Shown: one piece after another, positions 1-8,840 of the stretch
Layout of the letters: each line of letters opens with the position of its first letter
Position numbering within the stretch: the first letter of the stretch is position 1
Source of the DNA: Longivirga aurantiaca
Lineage (GTDB): Bacteria; Actinomycetota; Actinomycetes; S36-B12; CAIYMF01
Length of the DNA stretch: 32,000 nt
NCBI RefSeq assembly: GCF_042660085.1
Contig: NZ_JBHSTI010000002.1
Span: forward strand, 360,001-392,000
Reading direction: 5' to 3'
Made by a program: the position numbers and the translations under genes
The notes under the pieces: generated by a model
Databases searched by the model: none
What the model was told of the DNA's origin: nothing
The model's input: the letters and a program-made list of their open reading frames with translations, nothing else

Positions 1-108
1 CACGGCAGTTCGACTGCACCTTCTGACCCTTGCTCGTGATCTTCGACGTCGAGATCACGTCGTACGCCGGGGAGCCCGCTGGTCCGGCGGCACGTAGGGT
101 CGGCGCTC

Positions 109-1362
109 GTGGCCCGCCTCTTCGCCGATCTCTCGCCCCTGCGGGCATCGGCCGACTACCGGCGGATCATCCTCGCGCACGGCGTCAGCAACATCGGGCA
201 GCAGATGACGGCGGTCGCGGTCGGCATCCAGGTCTACGCGCTCACGCAGTCGTCGTTGGCCGTCGGGCTCGTCGGCCTGTTCCAGCTCGTGCCGCTCATC
301 GGCTTCGGCCTCTACGGCGGCGCGATGTCCGACACGCACGACCGCCGCACGCTCGGGCTCGTCGCCGCGCTCGGCCTCATGGGCTGCGCCGGCATCCTGG
401 TCGCGCAGTCGGCGCTCGGCCTCGGATCGGTCGCCGTGCTGTACGCCGTCGTCGCGATCCAGTCGGCGTTCTTCGCGATCGGGAACCCCGCACGCCAGGC
501 GATCATCCCGCGGCTGATCGCGCCCGAGATGCTGCCGGCCGCGAACGCGCTCGGCATGCTCGCGTGGGGCCTCGGCTTCACCGTCGGGCCGCTCGTCGGC
601 GGGTTCGTCATCGCAGCCACCGGCGGTGTCGCGTGGGCGTACGCCGCCGACCTCGTGCTGTTCACCGGCGTCGTCTACGCGATGTGGCGGCTGCGCCCCG
701 TGCCTCCCGAGGCGGCTGCGGAGGACCGGCGTACCGGCTGGGCCGCGGTGGGCGAGGGCCTGCGCTTCCTGCGCGGCAAGCACAACCTGCAGATGTCGTT
801 CTACGTCGACATCGCGGCGATGGTGTTCGGCATGCCGCGCGCCCTCTTCCCGGCGATCGCGGCGGCGATGTACGCCGACGACCCGAAGATGGCCGCGACG
901 GCGGCAGGCATCCTGTACGCCGCGCCCGCCGCCGGTGCGCTCGTCTCCGGCGTGCTGTCCGGTCCGCTCGGGCGGGTGCGGCGGCACGGGCTCGCGATCG
1001 TGCTGTCGGTGTTCGCCTGGGGTCTCGCGATCGCGGTGTTCGGGCTCGTCAGCTGGCTGCCGCTCGCGGCGCTCATGCTCGCGCTGGCCGGAGCCGCCGA
1101 CAACGTGAGCGCGGTGTTCCGGTCGACCATGCTGCAGTCGGCGACGCCGGACGAGTTCCGCGGACGCCTGCAGGGCGTGTTCACCGTCGTGGTCGCCGGT
1201 GGTCCGCGGCTCGGCGACGTCGAGTCCGGTGCTGTCGCCGCCCTGGCGGGCGAGCAGTTCTCGGTGGTGAGCGGCGGTGTCGCGTGCATCGCCATCACCG
1301 CGGCGCTCGTCGCGAAGTACCCCGGGTTCCTGGCGTACGACGCCGAGAACCCCGTGCCCTGA
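109..1362 (+). CDS. MFS transporter (EntS/multidrug-like)
   Basis: 417-aa ORF, GTG start, repeated hydrophobic TM segments; N-terminus FADLSPLRASADYRRIILAHGVSNIGQQMTAVAVGIQVYALTQSS and GGAMSDTHDRR resemble the MFS TM2-3 loop. Confidence 0.9.
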   Translation: MARLFADLSPLRASADYRRIILAHGVSNIGQQMTAVAVGIQVYALTQSSLAVGLVGLFQLVPLIGFGLYGGAMSDTHDRRTLGLVAALGLMGCAGILVAQSALGLGSVAVLYAVVAIQSAFFAIGNPARQAIIPRLIAPEMLPAANALGMLAWGLGFTVGPLVGGFVIAATGGVAWAYAADLVLFTGVVYAMWRLRPVPPEAAAEDRRTGWAAVGEGLRFLRGKHNLQMSFYVDIAAMVFGMPRALFPAIAAAMYADDPKMAATAAGILYAAPAAGALVSGVLSGPLGRVRRHGLAIVLSVFAWGLAIAVFGLVSWLPLAALMLALAGAADNVSAVFRSTMLQSATPDEFRGRLQGVFTVVVAGGPRLGDVESGAVAALAGEQFSVVSGGVACIAITAALVAKYPGFLAYDAENPVP

Positions 1363-1422
1363 CGCCGTCGGATCCGCTCTGCGGGACGGTCTCGGGTCAG
1401 AAAGCGCAGTCCAACTGCCGTG

Positions 1423-1470
1423 ATCGACCCTCAGGGCCCACAGAGAATCGACCCTCAGGGCCCACAGAGA
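1423..1470. repeat. Two perfect tandem copies of the 24-mer ATCGACCCTCAGGGCCCACAGAGA, with a degenerate third copy near 1519-1536
   Basis: Copies read directly at 1423-1446 and 1447-1470, between convergent genes. Confidence 0.9.
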
Positions 1471-1528
1471 GAGGACGGAGCGCGCCCGTCAAGGGCGCGA
1501 TCTGTCCTGAGCGGGTGGGATCGGGCCC

Positions 1529-2146
1529 TCAGGGGCGGTGGGTGAGCCAGGTGTGGAGGAGCTCGGCGGTGACGGCGTCGAGGTCGAGGCCGCGGCGTGC
1601 GGCCTCCTTCTCGGCGGCCTTGGCGAGCTTCTTCGGCAGCTTCACCTTGACCGTGGCGAGCGAGCCGGTCAGGAGGGCGGCGTCGGCCTTGGCGCGCTTC
1701 TTGGCCGCCTTGTCGGCGTTCTCCGCCGCTGCCGCAGCCGGGGCGTCGGTACGGCGCAGATGGTCCGAGGTGGTGCCGGAGAACCCGGTGCGCTTGCGCT
1801 TGTTCTTCACAGGAACCGCCGGCGGGGTCTGGTAGCGCTTGGACTTCTTCGGCGTCGCGGGGACGGCCGGCTCGGCCGCGATCTCGGCGGCCGCAGCGCT
1901 CGGGTCCGGCTCGGCCGGTACGGGTGTCGGCTTGGTGGCCTTCGCGGACCTGGCAGCGGCCGAGGCGGGCGCCGCACCTGCTCCGGCGGCCTTCGCCGGG
2001 GCGCGCTTCGCAGGAGCAGGGGTCTCTGCCGTGGCCGGCTCGGCGGTGCGGGGCGTGCGCGGGCGGCGCACGGGCTGCGGTGCCGCGGGGTGGACGTCGG
2101 CGTCCTCGGCCTTGCGCAGCGCCGGGCGGGGGGTGGGGTTGGTCAT
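1529..2146 (-). CDS. Ala/Pro/Lys-rich small protein with basic RHH-like C-terminus, encoded directly downstream of ParA
   Basis: MTNPTPRPALRKAED... ending ATVKVKLPKKLAKAAEKEAARRGLDLDAVTAELLHTWLTHRP; 4-bp ATGA overlap with the ParA stop. Confidence 0.75.
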   Translation of the reverse strand: MTNPTPRPALRKAEDADVHPAAPQPVRRPRTPRTAEPATAETPAPAKRAPAKAAGAGAAPASAAARSAKATKPTPVPAEPDPSAAAAEIAAEPAVPATPKKSKRYQTPPAVPVKNKRKRTGFSGTTSDHLRRTDAPAAAAAENADKAAKKRAKADAALLTGSLATVKVKLPKKLAKAAEKEAARRGLDLDAVTAELLHTWLTHRP

Positions 2147-2994
2147 GAGGAGTCCGTCCCTGTCGAGGTGAGGGTCGTGGGCAGGTGCCCGAGCTCGGCC
2201 ACGCCGCGCCCCGCCTCGGCCAGCAGCAGGTCGAGCAGGTCGTCGAACGCGTCCGCCGCCTCGCGGGCGCCGGAGGACCGCCAGGCCTGCACCGGCACGC
2301 ACGCGCCCTGGGCCTGCTGCAGCGCCGTCCGGTCGGGCACCGTCACCGGCAGGAGCAGCGTCGGGTAGTGCTCGGCGAGCTCGGCGAGGCGGTACGCGTG
2401 CTCGCTCGTCTGCGGCCGCGCGCGGTTGACGACGACCCCGGCGGCACGCAGCACGAGGTTGTTCGAGCCGCGCACCACCTCGATCGCCTCGAGCGCCGCC
2501 GCGGCACCGGGCAGGGCGAAGAACGACGGCTCGGTCACGACGAGCGCGAGCCGTACGGCGGCGAGCGCGTTGCGGGTGAGCTCGCCGAGCGACGGCGGGC
2601 AGTCGACGAGCACGACGTCGTACCGGTCGACCACGCCCTCGAGGGCGATCCGCAGCCGCAGCGCCGAGTCACGGCCCTCGGGCACGGCGCGGTGCTCCAG
2701 CGCGCGCTCGGAGGGCAGCACGTCGACGCCCGCGCCCCAGGACGACGGCACGATCGCGTCGGCGGCCACGCCGGGCCGGGCGTCGGCCAGCACGTCGTTG
2801 GTCGTGTACGCCGTGGACGCGGGATCGAGCGCGGCGGTCGCGTTGGCCTGCGGGTCGAGGTCGACCACCAGCACCCGGAGACCGCGCTCCCAGGCCGCGC
2901 CGGCCAGGCCGAGCAGGGTCGTGGTCTTGCCGACCCCGCCCTTCTGGGCGACGACGGCGCAGGTCAGGGGTGCGCGTGTGCTGCTGGCAGCCAT
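2143..2994 (-). CDS. ParA/Soj-family ATPase
   Basis: Deviant Walker A QKGGVGKTTT, DLDPQANATAAL, VDCPPSLGELTRNAL. Confidence 0.93.
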   Translation of the reverse strand: MAASSTRAPLTCAVVAQKGGVGKTTTLLGLAGAAWERGLRVLVVDLDPQANATAALDPASTAYTTNDVLADARPGVAADAIVPSSWGAGVDVLPSERALEHRAVPEGRDSALRLRIALEGVVDRYDVVLVDCPPSLGELTRNALAAVRLALVVTEPSFFALPGAAAALEAIEVVRGSNNLVLRAAGVVVNRARPQTSEHAYRLAELAEHYPTLLLPVTVPDRTALQQAQGACVPVQAWRSSGAREAADAFDDLLDLLLAEAGRGVAELGHLPTTLTSTGTDSS

Positions 2995-3074
2995 GGCACC
3001 TCCCCGGACTCGTCGTCGCCCGGCATCGTCCCACGTCAGGGGGTTCCTCGGCATCCACGCCGCACGCGCCGCGG

Positions 3075-4454
3075 CTACTCCTCCTTGAGCGCGGCGTACC
3101 GGCGCAGCGACTCCTCGCGCTCCTCGGCGTGCTCGACGATCCGCGGCGGGTAGTCGGGCGCGAGGAGCGGCGCGTCCCACGGCTCGTGCGCGTCCTTCCC
3201 GGCGAGGCCCCGCAGCTCGGGCACGTAGCGGCGCACGTAGTCGCCATCGGGGTCGAAGCGCAGGCCCTGCGTGACCGGGTTGAAGATGCGGAAGTAGGGC
3301 GAGGCGTCGGTGCCGCTGCCCGCGACCCACTGCCACCCCTGCTGGTTGCTCGCGAGGTCGCCGTCGCGCAGGTGCTGCAGGAACCAGCGGGCGCCGCGCT
3401 GCCACGGCACGTGCAGGTCCTTGACCAGGAAGCTCGCCACGACCATGCGCACGCGGTTGTGCATCCAGCCCTCGGCGAGCAGCTGGCGCATGCCGGCGTC
3501 GACGAACGGGTAGCCGGTGCGGCCCTCGGTCCAGGCCAGGAATCGCTCGTCGGCGAGCGGCCCGGAGTCGTGCTGCATCCGCGCGAACCTCGGGTCGAGC
3601 CACGTGCGGGCGGACTCGGGCGCGGTGCAGAGGACGTCCGCGTAGAACTCGCGCCAGGCGATCTCCTTGCGGAACACCTCGTGCCCCCGCGAGTCGTCGA
3701 GGTCCGCGAGCAGGGTGCGCGGGTGGATCTCGCCCCACTTGAGGTGCGTCGACAGGCCCGATGTCCCCGCGAGGTCGGCCCGGTCGCGGAGGTCGGCGTA
3801 CGACGCGAGCCCGTCCGCCCGGAAGGCCTCCCAGCGGTCGTGCGCGGCCTCCTCCCCGGACGGCGGCAGAACGGTGATGCCGAGGTCGGGCTCGTCGGGG
3901 ATCCCGTCGGTCGCGAGCGGGCCCGTGCCGTCCCGTCGCCAGGCCGGCCAGCGCTCGGGGTCGGGCGCGGGCGCGCGCCACCCGTGCGCGAGCCAGGCAC
4001 GGAAGAACGGGGTGTAGACGCGGTAGGGCGTGCCGTCGCCCTTGCGCACCCGCCCCGGTGCCACGGCGTACGGCGACCCGGTGGCGACCAGCTCGCGACC
4101 GGCGCCGGCGAGGGCCGACGCGACCGAGGCGTCCCGCCGGACGCCGTACGGCGCGAAGTCGGCGGCGACGTGCACGGTGCGGGCCCCTGCCGCGGCGGCG
4201 ACCTCGGGCACGACGTCGAGCGGGTCGCCGTGGCGCACCACCAGCCGGCCGTCCAGCGACTCGTCCAGCGCGTTCAACGACCGCACGAGGCAGGCGCGGC
4301 GCACGGCGCCGGCCGGGTCCCACAGGGTGCGGTCGAGCACGAACAGCGCCACGACCTCGTCGTCGCCGTCGGTGCGCGCCGCCTCGAGGGCCGCGAGCAG
4401 CGCCGGGTTGTCGTGCCGGCGCAGGTCTCGTCGGAACCACAGGACGCTCGGCAT
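3075..4454 (-). CDS. phrB: Deoxyribodipyrimidine photolyase / cryptochrome family
   Basis: SVLWFRRDLRRHDNPALLAAL, HLKWGEIHPRTLLADL, FLAWTEGRTGYPFVDAGMRQLLAEGWMHNRVRMVVASFLVKDL, WQRGARWFLQHLRDGDLASNQQGWQWVAGSGTDASPYFRIFNP. Confidence 0.96.
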   Translation of the reverse strand: MPSVLWFRRDLRRHDNPALLAALEAARTDGDDEVVALFVLDRTLWDPAGAVRRACLVRSLNALDESLDGRLVVRHGDPLDVVPEVAAAAGARTVHVAADFAPYGVRRDASVASALAGAGRELVATGSPYAVAPGRVRKGDGTPYRVYTPFFRAWLAHGWRAPAPDPERWPAWRRDGTGPLATDGIPDEPDLGITVLPPSGEEAAHDRWEAFRADGLASYADLRDRADLAGTSGLSTHLKWGEIHPRTLLADLDDSRGHEVFRKEIAWREFYADVLCTAPESARTWLDPRFARMQHDSGPLADERFLAWTEGRTGYPFVDAGMRQLLAEGWMHNRVRMVVASFLVKDLHVPWQRGARWFLQHLRDGDLASNQQGWQWVAGSGTDASPYFRIFNPVTQGLRFDPDGDYVRRYVPELRGLAGKDAHEPWDAPLLAPDYPPRIVEHAEEREESLRRYAALKEE

Positions 4455-4613
4455 GCTGCCGAGGCTAGGTGCGCCGCGAGCCGGGCGCAGGTCGGGACGT
4501 GACCAGGACGACTCGGGGTTAGGTGAGGGAACGCTGCGACCCGACGGGCAGTAGGACAAGATGGGCGACGAGTTGATCTGCCCGGGCACCACCAGCGAAG
4601 GACTCAGCCGGCC

Positions 4614-5297
4614 GTGAGCGACCTCATCGACACCACGGAGATGTATCTCCGCACCATCTTCGAGCTCGAGGAAGAGGGCATCGTCCCGCTGCGGGCGCGC
4701 ATCGCCGAGCGGCTCGGCCAGTCCGGCCCGACGGTCTCGCAGACCGTGGCGCGCATGGAGCGCGACGGCCTGCTCTCCGTCGAGGGTGACCGCCACCTCG
4801 AGCTGAGCGACGCCGGCCGCGCGATGGCGACCCGCGTCATGCGCAAGCACCGCCTCGCGGAGTGCCTGCTCGTCGAGGTCATCGGCCTCGACTGGGAGGA
4901 CGTGCACGCCGAGGCCTGCCGTTGGGAGCACGTGATGAGCGAGCGCGTCGAGCGCCGCATCCTCGAGCTGCTCAAGAACCCGACCGTGTCGCCGTACGGC
5001 AACCCGATCCCGGGGCTCGAGGAGCTCGACCGCGACGCCGCCGCCTCCGACCTCTCCGGCCTCATGACCCTCGACAAGGTGGTGGGCGAGAGCTCGACCC
5101 GCGTCACGGTCGCGCGCATCGGCGAGCCGATCCAGAACGACGCCGCCCTCATGGCCTCGCTGCACCGCGCGGGTGTCGTGCCGGCCGCGACCGTGAAGGT
5201 CGTGTCGTCCCCGGGCGGGGTCCTCGTGGGCAGTGCCGGCGAGTACGCCGAGCTCGACTCGGCGACGGCGTCGCACGTCTTCGTCACCAAGGGCTAG
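4614..5297 (+). CDS. DtxR/IdeR-family metal-dependent transcriptional repressor
   Basis: MSDLIDTTEMYLRTIFELEEEGIVPLRARIAERLGQSGPTVSQTVARMERDGLL..., EACRWEHVMSERVE, C-terminal SH3-like FeoA region. Confidence 0.95.
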   Translation: MSDLIDTTEMYLRTIFELEEEGIVPLRARIAERLGQSGPTVSQTVARMERDGLLSVEGDRHLELSDAGRAMATRVMRKHRLAECLLVEVIGLDWEDVHAEACRWEHVMSERVERRILELLKNPTVSPYGNPIPGLEELDRDAAASDLSGLMTLDKVVGESSTRVTVARIGEPIQNDAALMASLHRAGVVPAATVKVVSSPGGVLVGSAGEYAELDSATASHVFVTKG

Positions 5298-5318
5298 CAG
5301 CCCCGCCGCGCCTCCCAG

Positions 5319-5352
5319 CGACGCCCGCCCGACCTCCGTCGGGCGGGCGTCG
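5319..5352 (+). terminator. Intrinsic terminator-like hairpin after the DtxR-family gene
   Basis: 15-bp perfect stem CGACGCCCGCCCGAC-ctcc-GTCGGGCGGGCGTCG. Confidence 0.75.
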
Positions 5353-5605
5353 GAGCGTCGGGGCCGCCACCCGTACGGCGCAGCCCCCGGCCGCCGACGC
5401 CCGCTGCCACACCCCGGGCTGGGCCGTTCGGGGGATGACCGGTCCGGTTCGGGCCCGATCCGGTCACGATGCGTCACCGGGCGCTGCTCCGGATGGGCCG
5501 TTCCGCCTACCGGTTTTCGGACGCCAGCCGGACGCGGGGCCGGCGTCCGCCCTGGTCTGCTTCGCCCGTGCCCGGGCAGGTCCGGGCCGTGGGAAGGGAG
5601 CGGGG

Positions 5606-6862
5606 ATGTTCCACGAGCACGAGAGGGCACGAGCAGCCACGGTCGACCTGACGGATGCGGTGGCGCCCGCCCCGCAGTGGAGTGCCGGTCGGGCCCGATC
5701 ACGCCGGGCGGCGCTGGAGCTCGCGGCGATCACGGCCCTCGCCTGGGTGGCCGTCGTGGTGCTGAACGACCCGTCGCGCGAGGCGTGGACGCAGAACGAC
5801 CACCGGTGGCTGGTGCCGGTGCTCGTCCTGCTGGCGGTCGCGGGCAACCGCGTGCGGGCGCGTCTCGGCCGCTCGCGCGGGGAGCGCACGGTCGTCTTCG
5901 ACGCCACCGGCGCCGCGCTGATCGGGGCCGTGCTGCTGCTTCCTCCGCTGTGGTTCCCGGTGGTCGCGCTGGCCTCGGCCTGGCGGCCGGACCGGCGTCG
6001 GCTCACCCTGAACACCGCCATCCGCGTCACCGCCATGTCGGTCGCGATGCTGGCGTACGAGCTCGCGACGTTCATGCTGGACGAGGCCGGCCTCCTCGTC
6101 GACACCGTCCGCGTCGCCGGGCTCCTCGCGGCGGGGGCGGCGTACCTCGCGACCGAGGCCGTGGTGCACCGGCGCCACCTCGACGAGGGCGACGGACTCG
6201 GCGACGAGATCCCGGGCCTCGGTGCGGAGCTCGTCCGACGCGACTCGCCCGGAGTGGCGCTCGGCCTGCTGGTCGTCGCGCTGCTCGCCGTCTCGCCCGT
6301 CACCGCGGTGCTGCTGGTCCCGCTCGCCTGGCTGGTCGTCCAGATGCTCCGGGCGCAGGAGCAGCTGCTGCTCGCGGGCACCGACTACAAGACCGGCCTG
6401 CTCACGTACGAGTCGTTCCGGCGGTGCGCCGCGGCCGAGATCGCCCGCGCCCGCCGCCAGGCCCGGCCGCTCGTCGCGGTGATGGTCGACCTCGACGGCA
6501 TGAAGAGCGTCAACACGCTGCACGGCCACCTCACCGGCGAGATCGTCCTGGCCTCGATCGGCGCTGTCCTGCGCGGCGCCATGCGTGCTGAGGACGTCGT
6601 CGCCCGCTTCGGCGGGGACGAGTTCTGCCTCCTGCTGCCCGACACCGACCTCGAGGGCGCGCTCGTGCTCGTGGAGCGGCTGCGCGTGGTGGTCGCCACG
6701 ACGGCGCTCACCCCGGGCGACGAGCCGCTCTACCGGACGGCGTCGTTCGGCCTCACCGGCCTGCGGATCGTGGACGACGTCGACTCGCTGCTCGGGCGCG
6801 CGGACTCGGCCCTGAGCCGGGCCAAGGAGGCCGGCAAGGACCGCCTGGCCTACGAGCTCTGA
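5606..6862 (+). CDS. Multi-TM membrane diguanylate cyclase (GGDEF)
   Basis: N-terminal hydrophobic helices; RAEDVVARFGGDEFCLLLPDT contains GGDEF and an RxxD five residues upstream (I-site). Confidence 0.92.
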   Translation: MFHEHERARAATVDLTDAVAPAPQWSAGRARSRRAALELAAITALAWVAVVVLNDPSREAWTQNDHRWLVPVLVLLAVAGNRVRARLGRSRGERTVVFDATGAALIGAVLLLPPLWFPVVALASAWRPDRRRLTLNTAIRVTAMSVAMLAYELATFMLDEAGLLVDTVRVAGLLAAGAAYLATEAVVHRRHLDEGDGLGDEIPGLGAELVRRDSPGVALGLLVVALLAVSPVTAVLLVPLAWLVVQMLRAQEQLLLAGTDYKTGLLTYESFRRCAAAEIARARRQARPLVAVMVDLDGMKSVNTLHGHLTGEIVLASIGAVLRGAMRAEDVVARFGGDEFCLLLPDTDLEGALVLVERLRVVVATTALTPGDEPLYRTASFGLTGLRIVDDVDSLLGRADSALSRAKEAGKDRLAYEL

Positions 6863-7004
6863 GCCGTCCCACGCATCCCGGTATGTCCCGTTTCGTGCTG
6901 CATCGGGACCAGTCGTTGACACCCGATCGGTGGCCTTTCCGTGATGAACCCGTGACATCGGGGGTGGCTGTGGCCTAGGTTCGTCACGGCCCGTCACCCG
7001 ACGG

Positions 7005-7190
7005 GCGCCGAGGGTGGACGCCGAGTCCTGCCAGCCACCCACGGTCATGACCTCGCTGGCAGGAGCGGGGGACCCAGGATTTCCGGGCCTCGCCGCACGG
7101 CGAGCCCTCGGGGTGAAGCCGGTCCCCGGACCGGCCGGGTCAATCCACGACCCGAACCCGACAGCTCACCTCGCAGGCGTCGTGGAGGAC
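7005..7190 (+). promoter_or_regulatory. Cyclic di-AMP (ydaO/yuaA-type) riboswitch
   Basis: Conserved blocks GCCGAGTCCTGCC, GCAGGAGCGGGGGACCCA, CGGGGTGAAGCC, CCCGAACCCGACAGCTCACCTCGCAGGCGTCGTGGAGGA just ahead of an NlpC/P60 gene. Boundaries are approximate. Confidence 0.9.
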
Positions 7191-7192
7191 TC

Positions 7193-7834
7193 ATGGCGTC
7201 TGCTCGCGCACGCCTGGGCGCGGCCGTCTCGGCTGCCCTGGCGATCACGTTGCTGCCCGCGTTCACCGCGTCCGCCTCGGCGGCCGTGGCCGACGACACC
7301 GGTACGTCGACCTCGACGATCACCGGCACCTCGGTGGTCACCTCGACCTTGACGACCAGCAGCCTCTCGACCTCGACCACCGCGGTGAGCACCACTGCCC
7401 CCGCGTCGTTCTCCCTGCCGGTCTCGCGGACCGGGTACGTCACCCTGAGCGCGGCGGCCAAGGCCGACCCGGTCGTGCGCGGCAAGGCCGTGGCCCAGAC
7501 CGCCGCCCGCTTCGCCGGCGTCCCGTACGTCGCTGGCGGCACGAGCCCCGCCGTCGGCTTCGACTGCTCCGGCTACACGCGCTACGTGTACTCGCGCCTC
7601 GGTATCTCGCTGCCGCGCGTCTCGCGCGACCAGTACGCCGCAGCGACGCCGATCCCGCGGAGCACGGCAGTCAAGGGCGACCTCGTGTTCTTCTACAGCA
7701 CGAGCGGCCGGATCTACCACGTGGCGATCTACGCGGGGAACGGCTACATCTGGCACTCGCCGTACCCCGGGAAGCGTGTGATGCTGGAGCGCATCTGGAC
7801 CTCGTCCTGGAAGGTCGCGCGCGTCCGCGCCTGA
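7193..7834 (+). CDS. Secreted NlpC/P60 family peptidoglycan hydrolase
   Basis: Signal peptide; Ser/Thr-rich linker; FAGVPYVAGGTSPAVGFDCSGYTRYVYSRLGISLPRVSRDQY...GDLVFFYSTSGRIYHVAIYAGNG (Cys and His motifs). Confidence 0.94.
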   Translation: MASARARLGAAVSAALAITLLPAFTASASAAVADDTGTSTSTITGTSVVTSTLTTSSLSTSTTAVSTTAPASFSLPVSRTGYVTLSAAAKADPVVRGKAVAQTAARFAGVPYVAGGTSPAVGFDCSGYTRYVYSRLGISLPRVSRDQYAAATPIPRSTAVKGDLVFFYSTSGRIYHVAIYAGNGYIWHSPYPGKRVMLERIWTSSWKVARVRA

Positions 7835-7848
7835 CCCTCCCCCTGATC

Positions 7849-7890
7849 GACGAAGGCGGCCTGCCATCCCCCGTGCGGGCCGCCTTCGTC
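7849..7890 (+). terminator. Terminator-like hairpin after the NlpC/P60 gene
   Basis: Perfect 13-bp arms GACGAAGGCGGCC / GGCCGCCTTCGTC. Confidence 0.7.
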
Positions 7891-7946
7891 CTGTCCGGGC
7901 AGGGGGTGCGGCGCATTGACGCGTTCATGCGCCAGCATGGTCGCCT

Positions 7947-8840
7947 GTGACGACCTGGCGGGACGCGCTGCACGGGCTTGCTGCTGACGACGTGGCCCAG
8001 CTCGACCACGCCCTCGGGTTCCGGCTCGGCCGGGAGGACCTCGTGCGGTCGCTCATCGACCCGCGCGGCCACCTGTTCCAGCGCCTCGAGTACGTCGGCG
8101 ACTCGATCCTCGACGCGGTGGTGGTGAGCGAGCTCGTGCGGCTCGAGCCGTGGGACGAGCCCTCGCTGGCGCTGATCAACGGCGAGCAGCAGGCGATGGT
8201 CTCCGACCATGCCCTCGGGCGCGTCGCTGCGCGCCGGGGGCTGCCTCGCGTCCGCACGTTCCAGGCGTCGCGGCACCGGCTCGCCGACCGCATCGAGGCT
8301 GCGATCGGCGCGATCTGGGCCGACCGCGGTATCGAGGATGCGGCCACAGCGGCGTACGACCTCGTCGTGCGACCAGCGCTCGACGGGCTCCCTCGCCGCG
8401 TCGACCTGCCGGTGGCGGCGCGGGCCGAGCGGTACGAGGCGGCGTCGCGGCAGCTCGGGCACGAGCCGGTCGAGCCGGTGTGGTTCGGCGCCGCTGCGGA
8501 GCCCGGGCCCACCCGCCGTCGCCTCGCGGTCGTGGGCGACTCGGTCATCGAGGCCGCGATGTCGACCGCCCAGTACGTCGAGGAGCCCGAGGCCAGCGAG
8601 GCGGTGCTGAGCGAGGAGCGCAGGGGTGCGACGTCGAACGCGACCGTGTCCCGCCTGGCCCACGACCTGCGGCTCGAGCGCCGCCACGACGACCGGACCG
8701 ACCGACGGGCGATGGCCGACGAGGTGCAGGCGCTGGTCGGCGCGGTGGCACTGGACGGCGGGATCCGCGCGGGGCTCCTCGTGGCGTCAGGCGTGCTCGG
8801 CCGCACGTTCGCGCCCGGACCTCTAGCCTTCTCGACGTGA
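7947..8840 (+). CDS. Protein with two RNase III-like domains in tandem, no recognisable dsRBD
   Basis: Domain 1: FQRLEYVGDSILDAVVVSEL and LADRIEAAIGAIWAD. Domain 2: RRRLAVVGDSVIEAAMS and MADEVQALVGAVALDGG. GTG start; overlaps the next GTG by 4 bp. Confidence 0.8.
   Translation: MTTWRDALHGLAADDVAQLDHALGFRLGREDLVRSLIDPRGHLFQRLEYVGDSILDAVVVSELVRLEPWDEPSLALINGEQQAMVSDHALGRVAARRGLPRVRTFQASRHRLADRIEAAIGAIWADRGIEDAATAAYDLVVRPALDGLPRRVDLPVAARAERYEAASRQLGHEPVEPVWFGAAAEPGPTRRRLAVVGDSVIEAAMSTAQYVEEPEASEAVLSEERRGATSNATVSRLAHDLRLERRHDDRTDRRAMADEVQALVGAVALDGGIRAGLLVASGVLGRTFAPGPLAFST

Noticed and set aside
1-26. Possible 3' end of an upstream gene (frame reading RQFDCTF*)
   Set aside because: Only eight codons are visible, so no support is possible.
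2143-4440. 765-aa minus-strand ORF given as one protein in the track
   Set aside because: Only its C-terminal part is the ParA gene. The Arg/Ala/Pro-rich N-terminal part is the antisense or alternate frame of the photolyase region, a typical high-GC artefact.
4517-4530. GGTTAGGTGAGG, similar to one half of an actinobacterial DtxR/IdeR iron box, between the photolyase and DtxR-family genes
   Set aside because: Only a half-site is present, with no good second half of the palindrome.
7220-7430. Low-complexity Thr/Ser codon repeats as a possible minisatellite
   Set aside because: Explained as the Ser/Thr-rich linker of the secreted NlpC/P60 protein.
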